64,000 nt of DNA. It comes from Proteromonas lacertae (lineage: Eukaryota). Positions 40,740 to 53,143 of the stretch are shown here, one piece after another (the first letter of the stretch is position 1; the number at the start of each line of letters is the position of its first letter). The translations under genes and the position numbers were made by a program. The notes beneath the pieces were generated by a model. It ran no database searches. It was not told the DNA's origin and saw only the letters and a list, made by a program, of their open reading frames with translations. The stretch spans positions 248,001 through 312,000 of the forward strand of contig NGBS01001162.1 in NCBI GenBank assembly GCA_002245135.1, given 5' to 3'.

Positions 40740-42150
40740 ATGTCTCAGCAACCCAATAAAGAACAAAGTCCAAATCCACCTCTTCTCTCTCCTGGTATAT
40801 TAAGAGTAAGAACTGCCACATCAGCTACATCCCCTACCTCTCCTGGTCATATTACTAAGAAAGAAAAGATAGATCCAGCATCACCTATCAAAAGCCATAC
40901 AGAATGGGTGAAGAAACAAGCAGAAGCTTCTCCGACCATCAAACAAAGAAAGTATAAAAAATCAATTTATTCATAGATTCACTATGGAAGAAGTTGCAAA
41001 ACACAATAAACCTGATGACTGTTGGATGGTAATAAAAGGAGAAGTATATCTATCTTTATTTTTATGAATTTATAAAGGTTTATGATATTACTTCTTATAT
41101 AACTTATCATCCAGGCGGTTCACAGATCCTTTTGAAATTTGCAGGTCAAGATGGAACAGTTGGTTTCAATAAGTTTCATGGATATTTAAATATTGATAGA
41201 ATATTAGGTGTATATATTTATATTTATATATATTCATAATAGAATTTTCATCTAGGAAGTATATTTAAGACATTCCCTTCAATGGCGCCACCTTCTCCAA
41301 TTCTTTCAGCAGTTATGCAGTATATATTATTATATATATAAATAGTAATTCCAAAATCGCATTACAAGTAAAAGAATGGACTAGTTTCACACTTATCTCA
41401 AAAGTACAAATAAGAAAGAGTATTTATCTTTTATCATTTGAACTTCCCAAAGATGTAAAATTAGGAACAATTGGTGGAGGACAACATGTAGAAATTAAAA
41501 TACCAACATCTGATATTGCTTCACCAATTATACGATCTTATACAGTCATTTCAAACCCAAATCAAACCAAATCATTCGAAATAATAGTGAAGAGAATAGA
41601 TAATGGAAATGGAAGTATTTATTTGTGCGATTTAGCTCCTGGTAAACAAGTAGAAATCAGAGGTCCATTTGGGGATTTAAGAATGTTAAAGAAATGTCTT
41701 TATATCAATAACAAAGAGTTTGAATTTAAACCAATCAATTTGATAGGAGCTGGAACAGGAAATACTCCATTTATTTCTATATTGTATATGTTATATCATG
41801 AAGCGCATATACAGTTGCCTGTACATGTATTATCTGTACATGCTTCTAAGGACAATGATTTTACTGATGATTACTATAATCAGTATGTAGGCCAGAATGG
41901 ATTTCATGTTGCATATCATTATACTCATCAGATTACTACTCCTTCTTATATTACTTTAGATTTATATCCTTTGTTTATTATTTAAATTTAGAATTTCTTT
42001 AATTTTGATTGTTTTACCTTGAAAAGAGAATTGGTTAGTGGTGATGTAGATTCTATTACACTATTGTGTGGACCAGCACGATTTTGTAATTCTATTAAGA
42101 CGTTATTACAACAAATGAATTACAGTAGAACATTCCTATATATTTTTTAA
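40740..42150 (+). CDS. Cytochrome b5 - cytochrome b5 reductase fusion (CYB5R4/NCB5OR-like)
   Basis: FTMEEVAKHN..DCWMVIKG, HPGG; GQHV, RSYT, RGPFG, GAGTGNTP, LCGP; last intron is AT-AC. Confidence 0.9.
41964..42017 (+). other. U12-type (minor spliceosome) AT-AC intron, 54 nt
   Basis: 5' ATATCCTTTG, branch-like TTCTTTAAT at 41995-42003, 3' TAC; removal deletes two in-frame stops and gives YITLDFLKREL. Confidence 0.85.
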
Positions 42151-42242
42151 GTTTGTTTTGATTTTAAGTTGTTGTGTAAGAGTAAAAACAAATAAAATGA
42201 AATAAGCCATCTAAATGAGTTTAATAAATGAAAAGAAAAATA

Positions 42243-42314
42243 AGCCCCAACCGAGGATTGGACTCGGGACCTGCCGCTTACGAAGCGGATGCTCTACCAC
42301 TGAGCTATTGAGGC
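42243..42314 (-). tRNA. tRNA-Thr (anticodon CGT)
   Basis: GCCTCAA/TTGGGGC acceptor stem, TAGCTCAGTGGTAGAGC D-arm, CCGC-TTCGTAA-GCGG anticodon arm, CCGAG/CTCGG T-stem, followed by an oligo-T terminator. Confidence 0.95.
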
Positions 42315-42399
42315 AGTACTAAATTACTCCAAAATGAGTTGATAAAACAAACATTATTGAAAATGAAAATAAATTATGTTAAATTAAGTTATTTATAAA

Positions 42400-43058
42400 T
42401 TATGATTGATTTCTTGTTAAATTCATATACGTTGAATATCTTCGTGCTGTAGCTATGGAAGATTTCCTTCTTTGAATCTTTTCTAATGCTCTTCTATCCA
42501 TTTCCTGTTTTAATATTGAATAAATCAATGTGGAATTAGATTGTTTGAAATAATGCTCAGCAGTTAAACCATACTATTAAATATATATTTCACTAATTAA
42601 TACTTTACTCTTAATTGTTGGATCAATTCCACTATTAATTAATAACATCACTATATCTGCATTATCTGCACAATGTAATGCAGAAAAATGAAATCTATTA
42701 ACAGCATTTATATCAGCTCCAGCACTAACAGCAAATTATAATTTATGTTACATACTCTAGTAATAATTGTACTATTGTTTTATTTCCAGACATTGATGCA
42801 TAATGCAAAGCAGTATCTTCGGATATTACACACTTTGCATCTAATTGTATTTCACAATATGAATATAAATATACTTATTTTAATTTTTGGCTTTTTCGAT
42901 AATATAATTCTAACCATTTCTTCATTTCCTTGAGAACAAGCTTCATGAAGACAATTCCTGCCTGTTATTGGGCTTATATAGTTTATATCTCTTCCTAATT
43001 TGAAATAGATCTTCAATGAATTAATATCTTTATCATGGGCTGCTTTGATCAACTCCAT
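42400..43058 (-). CDS. Small ankyrin-repeat protein
   Basis: GRNCLHEACSQG, DTALHYASMSG..AGADINA..FSALH; three introns. Confidence 0.85.
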
Positions 43059-43144
43059 TTTCACTGTTTTCTAAATAAAAACGAATAAAACGACTATATT
43101 TTTTATTATTCATAAACACACCAAATGAGAATTAAATACATATA

Positions 43145-43832
43145 TTAAAATGGTAAACTATTAAAATCAATATATTCATCTTGTTTATTCAATTGCTGTT
43201 GTAATTGTAATTGAATTTCATCTTGAATTGAATTATGTGATTTTACAGTCTTTTGTGCTGTTTGTACTGGTTTATTACTATTATCAACTACTCTCTTATG
43301 CTTCTGTCTTCTTCTAATAACTGACAATTCATTTCCTCTAGTTGTATATAAGTTATATCTTGACAAATCAATTGGATCATTATCAGAAGGAGGAGTGTGA
43401 TAATGAACAGAATAATGATATATTTGATGTCTATGTATAGCATCGTAATCCTTCCTTTTCTCTTTATATTCATTATATGTGTCATGAAAGTAATTCGCTC
43501 TTTTCTTAAAACGCTTCAATTCAAAATTGTGTTGCTTCACATGTAAAGTTACAAAATCGTCTATTTCTTTCTGCGAAACGCTATTCATGATAATCAATTA
43601 TCAAATCAATATACATCTGTTTTTGACCATTTAAATCTGGTCTTGAAGATCTAGTTCTACTTCGTAAAATACATACAGGTCTAAATATATAATATGAATA
43701 TTAGATACCTATATAACAAGTGAATTCGACTATTATCAATATCATCTCCTGATGAATACCCTACATTAATACTAGCATCTTCTCTATAACTAGATTATTT
43801 ATATTTTTATACTCAGTAGATGATCCAGACAT
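43145..43832 (-). CDS. Hypothetical protein
   Basis: ATG 43832; three GT-AG introns (23, 28, 34 nt) keep the frame into ORF 43145-43597. Confidence 0.6.
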
Positions 43833-44124
43833 AAGGAAAATTAAAAAATAAAAATTGTGAAACGAATATATGAAACGAATATATTTATAGGAAATTAAAA
43901 AATAATTGATTTAGTGTTTAATATAAATAAGTAATAGTAACAAAAGAAATAACTTAGTTTTTAGAAATAATAGTATGATAAGAATTTGAAATATAATTAA
44001 AAATAATTAAAAAATGTAAAAAATAATGTTTATTTTTTTATATTTTTATTTATTAATTTATTAATTTAAATGACTAAAAAACAAATAAACAATAAAATAA
44101 GCAATAAATATATTATTTCTATAA

Positions 44125-46314
44125 CTATAATGTTGGAGTATCACATCCAGAAGGAACTGATCTTCTCTTTTCTACATTAGGAGATTCACAATTTGATATT
44201 TTACCCCAATTTGTAGGTAAAGGAGTTGATTCATTACCACCATAATTAGATATACCATTTGTTATTGATTTCTTTGGTATTGGCATTGTAGAAAGAAGTA
44301 TTTTACATCCACATCTTGGACAATATGTTTTATTAGTAACATCAGAATCATCTTCTTTCTATCTTTAATTAAAATATATAAAATATACAACTGCTCTGTA
44401 TAATCTACCGAATTTTGGCACATATAATTCACACATTATTATGATAGAAGCAATACCTTTTATTGATGGAATAAACACTCCCACATAATTAATATCATCT
44501 GATCCACTTCTAACATACCATTTTATTAAACTCATAAAGAATAATATAAATAATGAATGACAAATTTCTCGAGATTCATCAAAGGCTCTGTACTGTATAT
44601 TTCTTATTCTGAATGTGTAATAACAATCAATTAAATACCAAATTATCTATTTCATAATCATAATATATACATAATATTATACCATAATTAAAGCTTGAAA
44701 TAAGCTATTAAAATTTGATATACTTACTTCATACCTTCTGGAAATTACTTGAAGTGGAATTGAAACCCAATCAAAATCTTTATATAATGGTGGTTCATAC
44801 GTCATTTGCATATCTTTTACTTCTATTAATTTACCATGAATACCCATATCAATTGCTAATATTACCTATTCAATTAAGATATTATTAATATACAAATAAT
44901 AAGAAATAAAACCCAATAAATGCATAAACCATTTTCTTCTTTGATAATGTAACACGTTGTAAACGATTGGCATTAAATATTCGATGAATTCTGTAAACTT
45001 TAAAAAACAATCCTCTACATAATAATAATAATAGTAATAATATATACTGTAATGTTAAACAATGGCCTATATATTCACAAAATATAAATAAGAATCCTAA
45101 CATTGCATAACCATATTCACTATAAAAATAACTCGCTGTTCCAATATTCATAATTATTAATCCCAAAACAATAACCGAATCACTCCAATTACCACTTCTC
45201 TTGATAATTGCATGATCTCTATATTTCAACTGTAAAAATATTAACACTAATCCTTCCAAGATAGGTAATATTGTAAAAATAATAATTGCACAAACAGATC
45301 CTGTAGTTAATAATTGTTGTCTTATTTCTATTTTGGATAATGGAATATCTTCAAGACATGTATTTATATATTCAAAATCACCTGATGTATTAACGACTAA
45401 TGACATTTGATTGGTTAAACAGAAATTACTTTCACAATCTTCGTCTTTTGTACAATTAAAGTGTAAAGGACATTTTTTTGTACAAACACCACCACAATCA
45501 ATATCAGTTTCACCTTCATCTAATCTTGAGTTTTCACATTTATCTACTATCTTTATTACCTTATCATTATTAAATATAGAGTTTGTTTTAATCCATTCAT
45601 TATTATGATTATTATTATATAGTGATAAAGATGAATTGCTTGATAATGTAAATAATAATTCTAATAATTCATTTGTAGTTGATTTTTGTTGGCTATTATT
45701 ATCAAACCATAAGATTGAATATTGGTTGAGATGATTTGTTGATAATTCATAGAGTTTATCATAGCAATATGGTATTAAAGTAGCAAATATAATATTACCT
45801 TTGTAACTACTCAATGAATTGTATGGAAATTCACTTATTTCATCACAAGAAATCAACACAATTACCATTTCTTCTTCAAAATATACTGGAAAAGGTGATG
45901 GATATAAAAACATTGTTATATTGACATTTGCTGATTGTAAATGACTATTCATTTCATACATTAACGATGGTTCAGAACTATAAATCAGAATCGAAGCTGA
46001 TTTAGTTATTAATGATTGTATATAACTACTTATTTTCTTGATCTAAAAATATATGAAATAATAGAATTATATACCGATAATAGCTCAGTTTTGATTAATC
46101 CTTCTCTATGAACAATATTACCTAATTCACAAAAATCATAGGAATTAACAACTTGATTAGTATTTTGATTATCATTTGTATCATATTCTATACAATTCTT
46201 TTTAAATATGTTTGGTGATGGTTCTTTAAATCTACTATACTCTGTAAGAAAGATAATGTTATTCGTTGCAGTAGTTAGAGCAAACAACAAACTGATACAG
46301 AAGCAGTATAACAT
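44125..46314 (-). CDS. Class C (GABA-B-like, 7tm_3) GPCR with Cys-rich ectodomain module
   Basis: Signal peptide; GETDIDCGG..C..C..DC.S.FC; TM region with FKVYRIHRIF and RIRNIQYRAFDESREI. Confidence 0.8.
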
Positions 46315-46419
46315 GTTTTAATTTAAAACGATAATGAAACGAATATATTTTTATAAATCAAAAAAACAATGTAATAGATATGTATTATTAATTGAAAAAC
46401 TAAAAGTCAAAAAATCTAC

Positions 46420-48085
46420 TTATTGGTTTTCACATTGTACTCTACGACCACCACGTTCATCTTCATCATCAGAATCATCATATGCTTGGTGAGAAGATCG
46501 TTTAGCACCTCTTCCAAATGTATCAGGATCAACATATTCCAAGTTATACTTTTGCATTTTATCATTAGTTTCACATTTTGGTCTTGGTGGTAATAATGCT
46601 TCTAATGCAGCACATTTATCAGGTGGTAATTGTGTAATAGGGAATATTATATTAAAGTGAATGAATAGTTTACCATGTTCATATGGATTACCATGTATTG
46701 GCATACCTTCGCCTTGAATACACAATATACTATCTGGTTTAATCACTTCATTTGGTTTTGATTCTACTAGTATCTTTCTTTTATCTAAATGCTCAATAAT
46801 GAATTTAAATCCACATAATGCTTCTACTAATTCGATATCTTTATTCATTAATAAATCATCTCCTTTTCTTTTAAAGATTGAATGTGGTTGTTCTTGAACT
46901 ATAAATACTATATCACCAGCCATTACACCTATATAGAAATATAAATATTAAATTATTCATAATAATAATAATATAGAATAAAATAATAATTAGATGGTAT
47001 TTGGAGAATAATATATCTTTCCACATTGATATATATATATATATTTCAGGTTATTCATCTTGTTTTCTTAACCATCATATACCATTCTTTAATAATTAAT
47101 AATAATAATAATTCAGTATAGTAAAAGAAATTAAATCATTAGATAAAATCAGACTCACAGCCATTGACAATATATATATATATATCATCATACATCATAA
47201 TTATTATTATATTATATATAGTTTAATATATATATATATTCATACCTGGTGCTTCATCTCCTAATCCACTAAAGACAATCTTCTCTCTATCTCTCATTCC
47301 TTTCTCAATATATACTTCAATTATCTTCTTCTCTTGTGTCACTTTACTACCACTACAATCTTTACATCGATCTTCTTTATTTATTATTTTACCTTGACCT
47401 TTACAATCAGGACATACTCCTTGACTTTGTGATATCATTCCTGGACCGATCTGTCTGATTTGTACTTTTACACCTCTACCACTACAAGTGCTACATGTCT
47501 TCTCACAACCATCTTTACCTCCTTTACCTCCACATGTTGCACAAATTACATTTCTTCGAACTGACAATTTGCTCTTTTTGCCATTGTATAAATCTTCTAA
47601 TTTTGCTGTTATTGGATGTGTAATGCTTTCTCCTTTCTTTGGACCAGTATCTCTTTGTCTACCACCTCCTCCAAAGAACATACTGAATATATCATCTGGA
47701 CTAGAATGTGCGCCTTGTTGTGCAGCTTCTTTACCATACTATTGTTTATAGGTAACAAGAAATAATTTATACTTTATCATATGTTTCTCTCTTTTCTGGG
47801 TCTCCCAATACTTCATATGCTTCTGTTATTGATTTAAACTATTTATAAAATACATTAGACTTAGATTATATACTTTTTCAGGATCACCACCTTTGTCTGG
47901 ATGATTCTTTAGTGCAAGCTTTCGAAAAGCTTTTTTAATTTCATCCTGTGAAGCTGTTTTTGGTACTCCCAATGTTTCATAGTATTCATTGTTGTCTACC
48001 TCTTTTGGAGAAGCACTCATTCCTCCCATTCCCCCCATACCATCAAAAAAGGCATTCCACCCCCATTACCAAAGAAAAAACTCAT
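46420..48085 (-). CDS. DNAJA: Type I DnaJ (DNAJA/Ydj1-like) co-chaperone
   Basis: HPDKGGD, CxxCxGxG zinc-finger repeats, C-terminal CENQ CaaX box; frame break in the homopolymer at 48045-48050. Confidence 0.96.
46994..47085 (-). ncRNA. Possible second, degenerate box C/D-like RNA in the DnaJ intron
   Basis: 7-bp terminal stem ATGGTAT/ATACCAT, C-like ATGATGG, internal CTGA; the D position reads CCAA. Confidence 0.3.
47103..47209 (-). ncRNA. Intronic box C/D snoRNA candidate (DnaJ intron)
   Basis: C ATGATGT/ATGATGA (47198-47185), D' CTGA (47152-47149), C' ATGATTT, D CTGA (47116-47113), AATAATAAT/ATTATTATT terminal stem. Confidence 0.7.
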
Positions 48086-48212
48086 TTTATATTAAACTGA
48101 TGTAAATTTATTAAAAACAATTTAAATGCATGTTCTAGAAGTTTTCAGTTTGTCATTTTTTTAAAAATATGTAATTTACATATAGAATTACTTCCTTTTG
48201 TTTTTTGAGGGA

Positions 48213-50870
48213 ATGAATGAATCTAAAGGAGATTTTAAAGATAATTCTGATAGTATTCACTTTTATTTATATAATTTTTATATGATAGTATTCTCACCTA
48301 TCGTTGAACAAATAATTACCACAGCTAGTAATGATATAAGAGATATTTACAGATTATTACAGTCAATAGGAAAACAACATATCGATAATGAAGTAAAAGA
48401 GATCGAATGGTATAATAATCAAAAGAATTTGGGTGTAAAGTTAGTTGATATTCTTCAAACTCTTGGAAATGATAGTTCAAGATTTTCAGAAACTCATATA
48501 CAACATGGATTATTAAACATAATCACTTTATGTAGAATTTTATTATCACCAGATTGTAATGTTAATTTAAATGATCCAGTTTTTTCTCAGGATTTAATCC
48601 CCATCAGTAATAAAGATATTACAAGAATCTTATGAGAATAATCGATCAATCGATATATTTCGTTCAGAATTATATCGATTCTTACTTTATTCAATAAAGC
48701 AAGAAACCAATATAAAATCCAATTTTATAACTCAAATATTACAATCAATAGTTGATCTATTAGATATAGAGATAAGTTATGCAGATATAATTGACCCTCC
48801 AAATACACAACTGTTAATATGTCAATTATTCTATTTATTAATCCAAAATTGGTCAAAAGAAGATAAAATAGAATTCTTTGATAAATATGATATTCAGGAT
48901 ATATCATTAAAACTAAGTAGTATTACCCATGAAAAAGTAAGATTACTGTCATTAGATACAAATATAATACAATTATTATATCAAAATAAGAATGAAGATA
49001 TAAATAAAATAATCAAATTTACTGATGAAGAAAAAGAAGGTATTGAAAGAGAGACTGAAATTATGAACAATTTAGATCCTCATGAACATGATGAATATAT
49101 TAGATCAACTACAAAGATACCAAAAGTGAAGAAAATGAGTTTAAATGATAATGTGATTGAATCATTAAAACAACCATCAACATCATCATCATCTTCTTCT
49201 TCTTCAGATAAGTCTAAATCTCCATTAACTAAATCTAATAATATCAGTTCACCTGTTGAAGATTTACCAGTTACACATTATTTAACTCAAAGTGGAAATA
49301 TCAATGATGATGAAGAGGAAAAAGAAAAAGATGAAGATATACGTACAATACCAACCAAAGTTGAAAAATGTAATAATCCCAAGTTTAATTCATATTTTTA
49401 TCACCTAAAATATCAATATAAAAATGTATATATATAATTTTTATTATTTAAAATAGAAAAAAATGGAAAAAGAATTAAATAATCCAGTAACTGATATGAA
49501 TAGTGATGAAATACTGTATGATACTGCTCAGAAGTATAAATACAAATTATTTGATAAAATCAGTCATTATGGTGAAGATCATTTCTATAAGAAAGTACCA
49601 GTGGCTTACAAAATGTGTAAAGTAATTGATAAAAAGTCAAATTATTTAAAAAATGACAATGGTGAAAGAGATTTGAGTAATTATAATACAAAATTTCCAC
49701 CTGGTTTTAAACAGCCTCAAGGAACTCGATTTATTAATTCATATAAAAGACACAAGCAGTTTTTAAGTGCAACTGATCCATCAAATCCATGGTGGAAAGT
49801 GCAAATTAATCATACACCTTTAGATATTCGTAGAATAACTGAAACACCTGTTTTACATAATTATAAGTATAAATCAATCGATAATAATCCATATGGTCAA
49901 TTCTTGAGTGATATTTCAACTGATATTCATAAAATTAATAATATTTCTATTCCTTTTACACCTGATGATTTTATTAAAGAAAGTCATGAGAGAGAAACTT
50001 CATCGTTTGAAAATGAAATAGCAAAAATGAAGAAAACTCCAATATTTCCATACATTGATCAACCTCATGTTAGTAGTGAATTATGGATAAGATATTGTTA
50101 TAATATACTAGTAAAAGATGGAGATAACAATGATAATACAACTGCTATTAGATATATTGAGGAGATTTTATCACCTGGGTATGTTCCTGATAGAAATTAT
50201 GATAAATATGTAAATCAAGTGAATGGATTAGTGAGGAAGTATCAAATGAAATACATGGATCATATTAGATTGCATGCTACACAAGTGATTAGAAGATTGT
50301 ATATATTATATTATATTATATATAGTTATTTGAAATACATTAAGAATCAAACATCAAAGAAATTAACAATGTCATTTAGATCGTCACTTCGATCACCAAA
50401 GAGAAATAAGAAACTAACTTATAATGAACCAATAATGTGTGTAGAATGTAATACAAATAAAGCTGTACTACACTGTACAAAATGTCCAGAATCTAAAGAT
50501 TTTTGTCCATCCTGTTGGGTTGATATGCATGTATGATTATATATAATACTTATTATTATTATTATTATTTATAGAGAACTCCCAATCGAAAGAATCATAT
50601 TCCTCACGAAATACTGTACGAAGGAGATGATATAATTAATATTGATGAATATATATCTTGTGGTGAATGTAGTTTGAATAAAGCTGTATTAGTGTGTAAG
50701 ATGTGTGTAAAAGAACAATTGACGTTTTATTGTCCTAGTTGTTGGGTAATTATTCATGTATATGTTATATGTTATATGTTGTTATATATTATATATAGTC
50801 GACAAGAAATAGGCAAAATCATGAAGCTATATCGTTTCATTGTCCTGATTTAAAGAGCATGGCTAAATAA
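48213..50870 (+). CDS. Large hypothetical protein with IQ-like motif and two C-terminal B-box zinc fingers
   Basis: CVECNTNKAVLHCTKC..FCPSCWVDMH..KNH and CGECSLNKAVLVCKMC..YCPSCWVIIH..QNH; +1 break at CCCC 48599-48602. Confidence 0.7.
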
Positions 50871-50949
50871 TTCAACAAATAACCCAATACAAATAGATTA
50901 AAATAGTATATAAATTTATTTAACTTATTCACAATAATTTAGTTTAAAT

Positions 50950-51560
50950 TTAACAACAAAAACAGAATTTTTTTGATTTTTTATTAAAAAGCCCAGAATC
51001 TTTTTCCATTTCAAAAATTAATGTTTCAAAGGCTAAATGTACGTTCTATAAAAAACATAAATAAATATATATCATACATCACCATTTTTAGCAGAACACT
51101 CGATATAAGGACAATTCCACATTTTCGCTGTTTCTTCACCCATTTCTGTTGTTATATACCTTAGATCTGCTAAATCGACTTTATTTGCAACTAATACACA
51201 AGGACAACTCCCTATCCTCGACATTAGTCTATCTCTTATTCCTATTATTTCATTTAAAGATGTTTCAGATATTACAGAATAACACAATAAACATCCATCT
51301 ATTCCATTTTCTATTGGTCTCGGTATGCTAGCAAATTTGTCCTAATGATCGAAGATTATAGTGTATTATACCTGTCCAGGATAATCACTAATTTTCAAAT
51401 GAAATTCACAACCTTGTATTATACAATTATACTCTGATAAATTGTCTATAGTGGGAATATAAGTATCATCGAACTGACCAGAAATAAGACGTGACACTAT
51501 GGATGTTTTTCCTACAGAAGGTGGTCCTATCATGGCTACTTTACGATTAGCTTCATACAT
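50950..51560 (-). CDS. Ras-family small GTPase, Rheb-like
   Basis: GPPSVGKT, YIPTIDN, DYPGQD, NKVD, SAK; ends KKSKKFCFCC*. Confidence 0.8.
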
Positions 51561-51755
51561 GTCTTAAAAAAACATCAAACCGTATCCACGTCAGATTCTT
51601 TTTTCATTCAAAATCTCTATATAATCTAAATACGAAGTGTATTTTTCTCATTTTTATGAAACAAAATTTGAAAAGTACATCAAAGTTCAGCAAACAAAAA
51701 CAAAAATAAACATCAAAAAGAATAATAGTTATGTTTGTATGAGTCAAAGCTTAAA

Positions 51756-53143
51756 TTACTCTTGAATTGCATCACTCCCCAATTCTATTGGCTATGACAG
51801 ATGGTGGCCAATTTTCTGCATTTCTGACATGAGGTGGTATCAATTTTTCAAAAATCTCTGGCTTTGCTCTCACTTCTATAATAAATGGAAAAAAATAAAT
51901 AATAAATTATACCAACTGGTGTAAAATTGAAAAGTGGTGGTACTGGAACTCCATTGGGGAGTTTGAGGGTTGGGGATCTAAGTTCATCAAAGTATGGATG
52001 ACATAACGAGTCTATAGCTGTAATTCTCTTTGAAGGAACATAAACCAGCATAGAAGATAAAAGATTCAATGCATCCTCAGGAATTGCTCTTTTAAACACA
52101 TTAGCCCATGGTTGACACTTGATGTTAGGGAATTTTGACTCTTCATAACCAGGGTTCATTGACTGGATCTGTTCTTTCGTGGGAGTACCTAAAATCTTAA
52201 TAATTTCTACTAATTGATCTACACTACTTTCACCTGGGAAGATTGGTCTTCCTAACATCATCTCAGCAAATACACATCCCATTGACCATATATCAATTGC
52301 ACATGTATATTGTGTAGCACCAAATATTAATTCAGGCGCACGGTAATATCTTGAACAAATATAAGCAACATTTGGTTCACTTGGAATTAGCATCTTTGCA
52401 CTGCCAAAGTCGATTAATACTACAAGATGAGTCTCAGGATTAACCAAAATATTCTGAGGTTTGATATCTCTATGACAGATACCTAATGCGTGGATATAAG
52501 CCAAAGATCTCATCATTTGATAAAGATATAATTTCACAAAAATTGGAGGCAAATGTTGACCTGCTTTAGTGTAACTTCTTACAACGTGATATAAATTATC
52601 TGGAATGAAATCCATGACAATATTCAAATATAAATCTTTCTTCTATTTTTGTAATAAATAACAATATAATATATAATATATATATATACAGATTCATCAT
52701 GAGAGTAAAAACATTGCTTTAAATATACAATGTTTGGATGTTTCAACATCTTCATAATTTTCAATTCTCTATTTTTGAATCTTGGATCTTGTAAGACCTT
52801 CTTTACAGCAACAATTTCTCCAGTATCACTTAATTTTCCTTGAAATACCACACCAAAAGAACCTTGACCAATTACTCTTGTCTGTGTGATACTTATTGTC
52901 TTCTAAATAAACAAATATAATTAATATATATTAATTATAAATGAATACCTTTTCTTTTGCTTTATTAGCACCCTATTAAAAACATAGTATAAAAAGTGTA
53001 GTTCATACATCCAAATTAAGTTTGCCTAATTCATTACTAAGTCCAGCATCACCTTCATCACCTGATACTGTTGAAACGAAGTGTTGTTTCTGATTATTAG
53101 TTCTACAAATAATAAATCAGATATTTTTGCTCTTATACGACAT
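51756..53143 (-). CDS. GSK3: Glycogen synthase kinase 3 / shaggy
   Basis: [54 protein letters not shown]; stop at 51772 as assembled or 51756 if one doubled base is an error. Confidence 0.97.

Noticed and set aside
41959..41991. GA-AG intron of 33 nt in cytochrome b5 reductase
   Set aside because: It is in frame, but the AT-AC model has a perfect U12 donor and a branch site and gives a better protein match.
37294..42314. Functional linkage of ThrRS and nearby tRNA-Thr
   Set aside because: They are separated by two unrelated genes and the synthetase looks organellar; probably chance.
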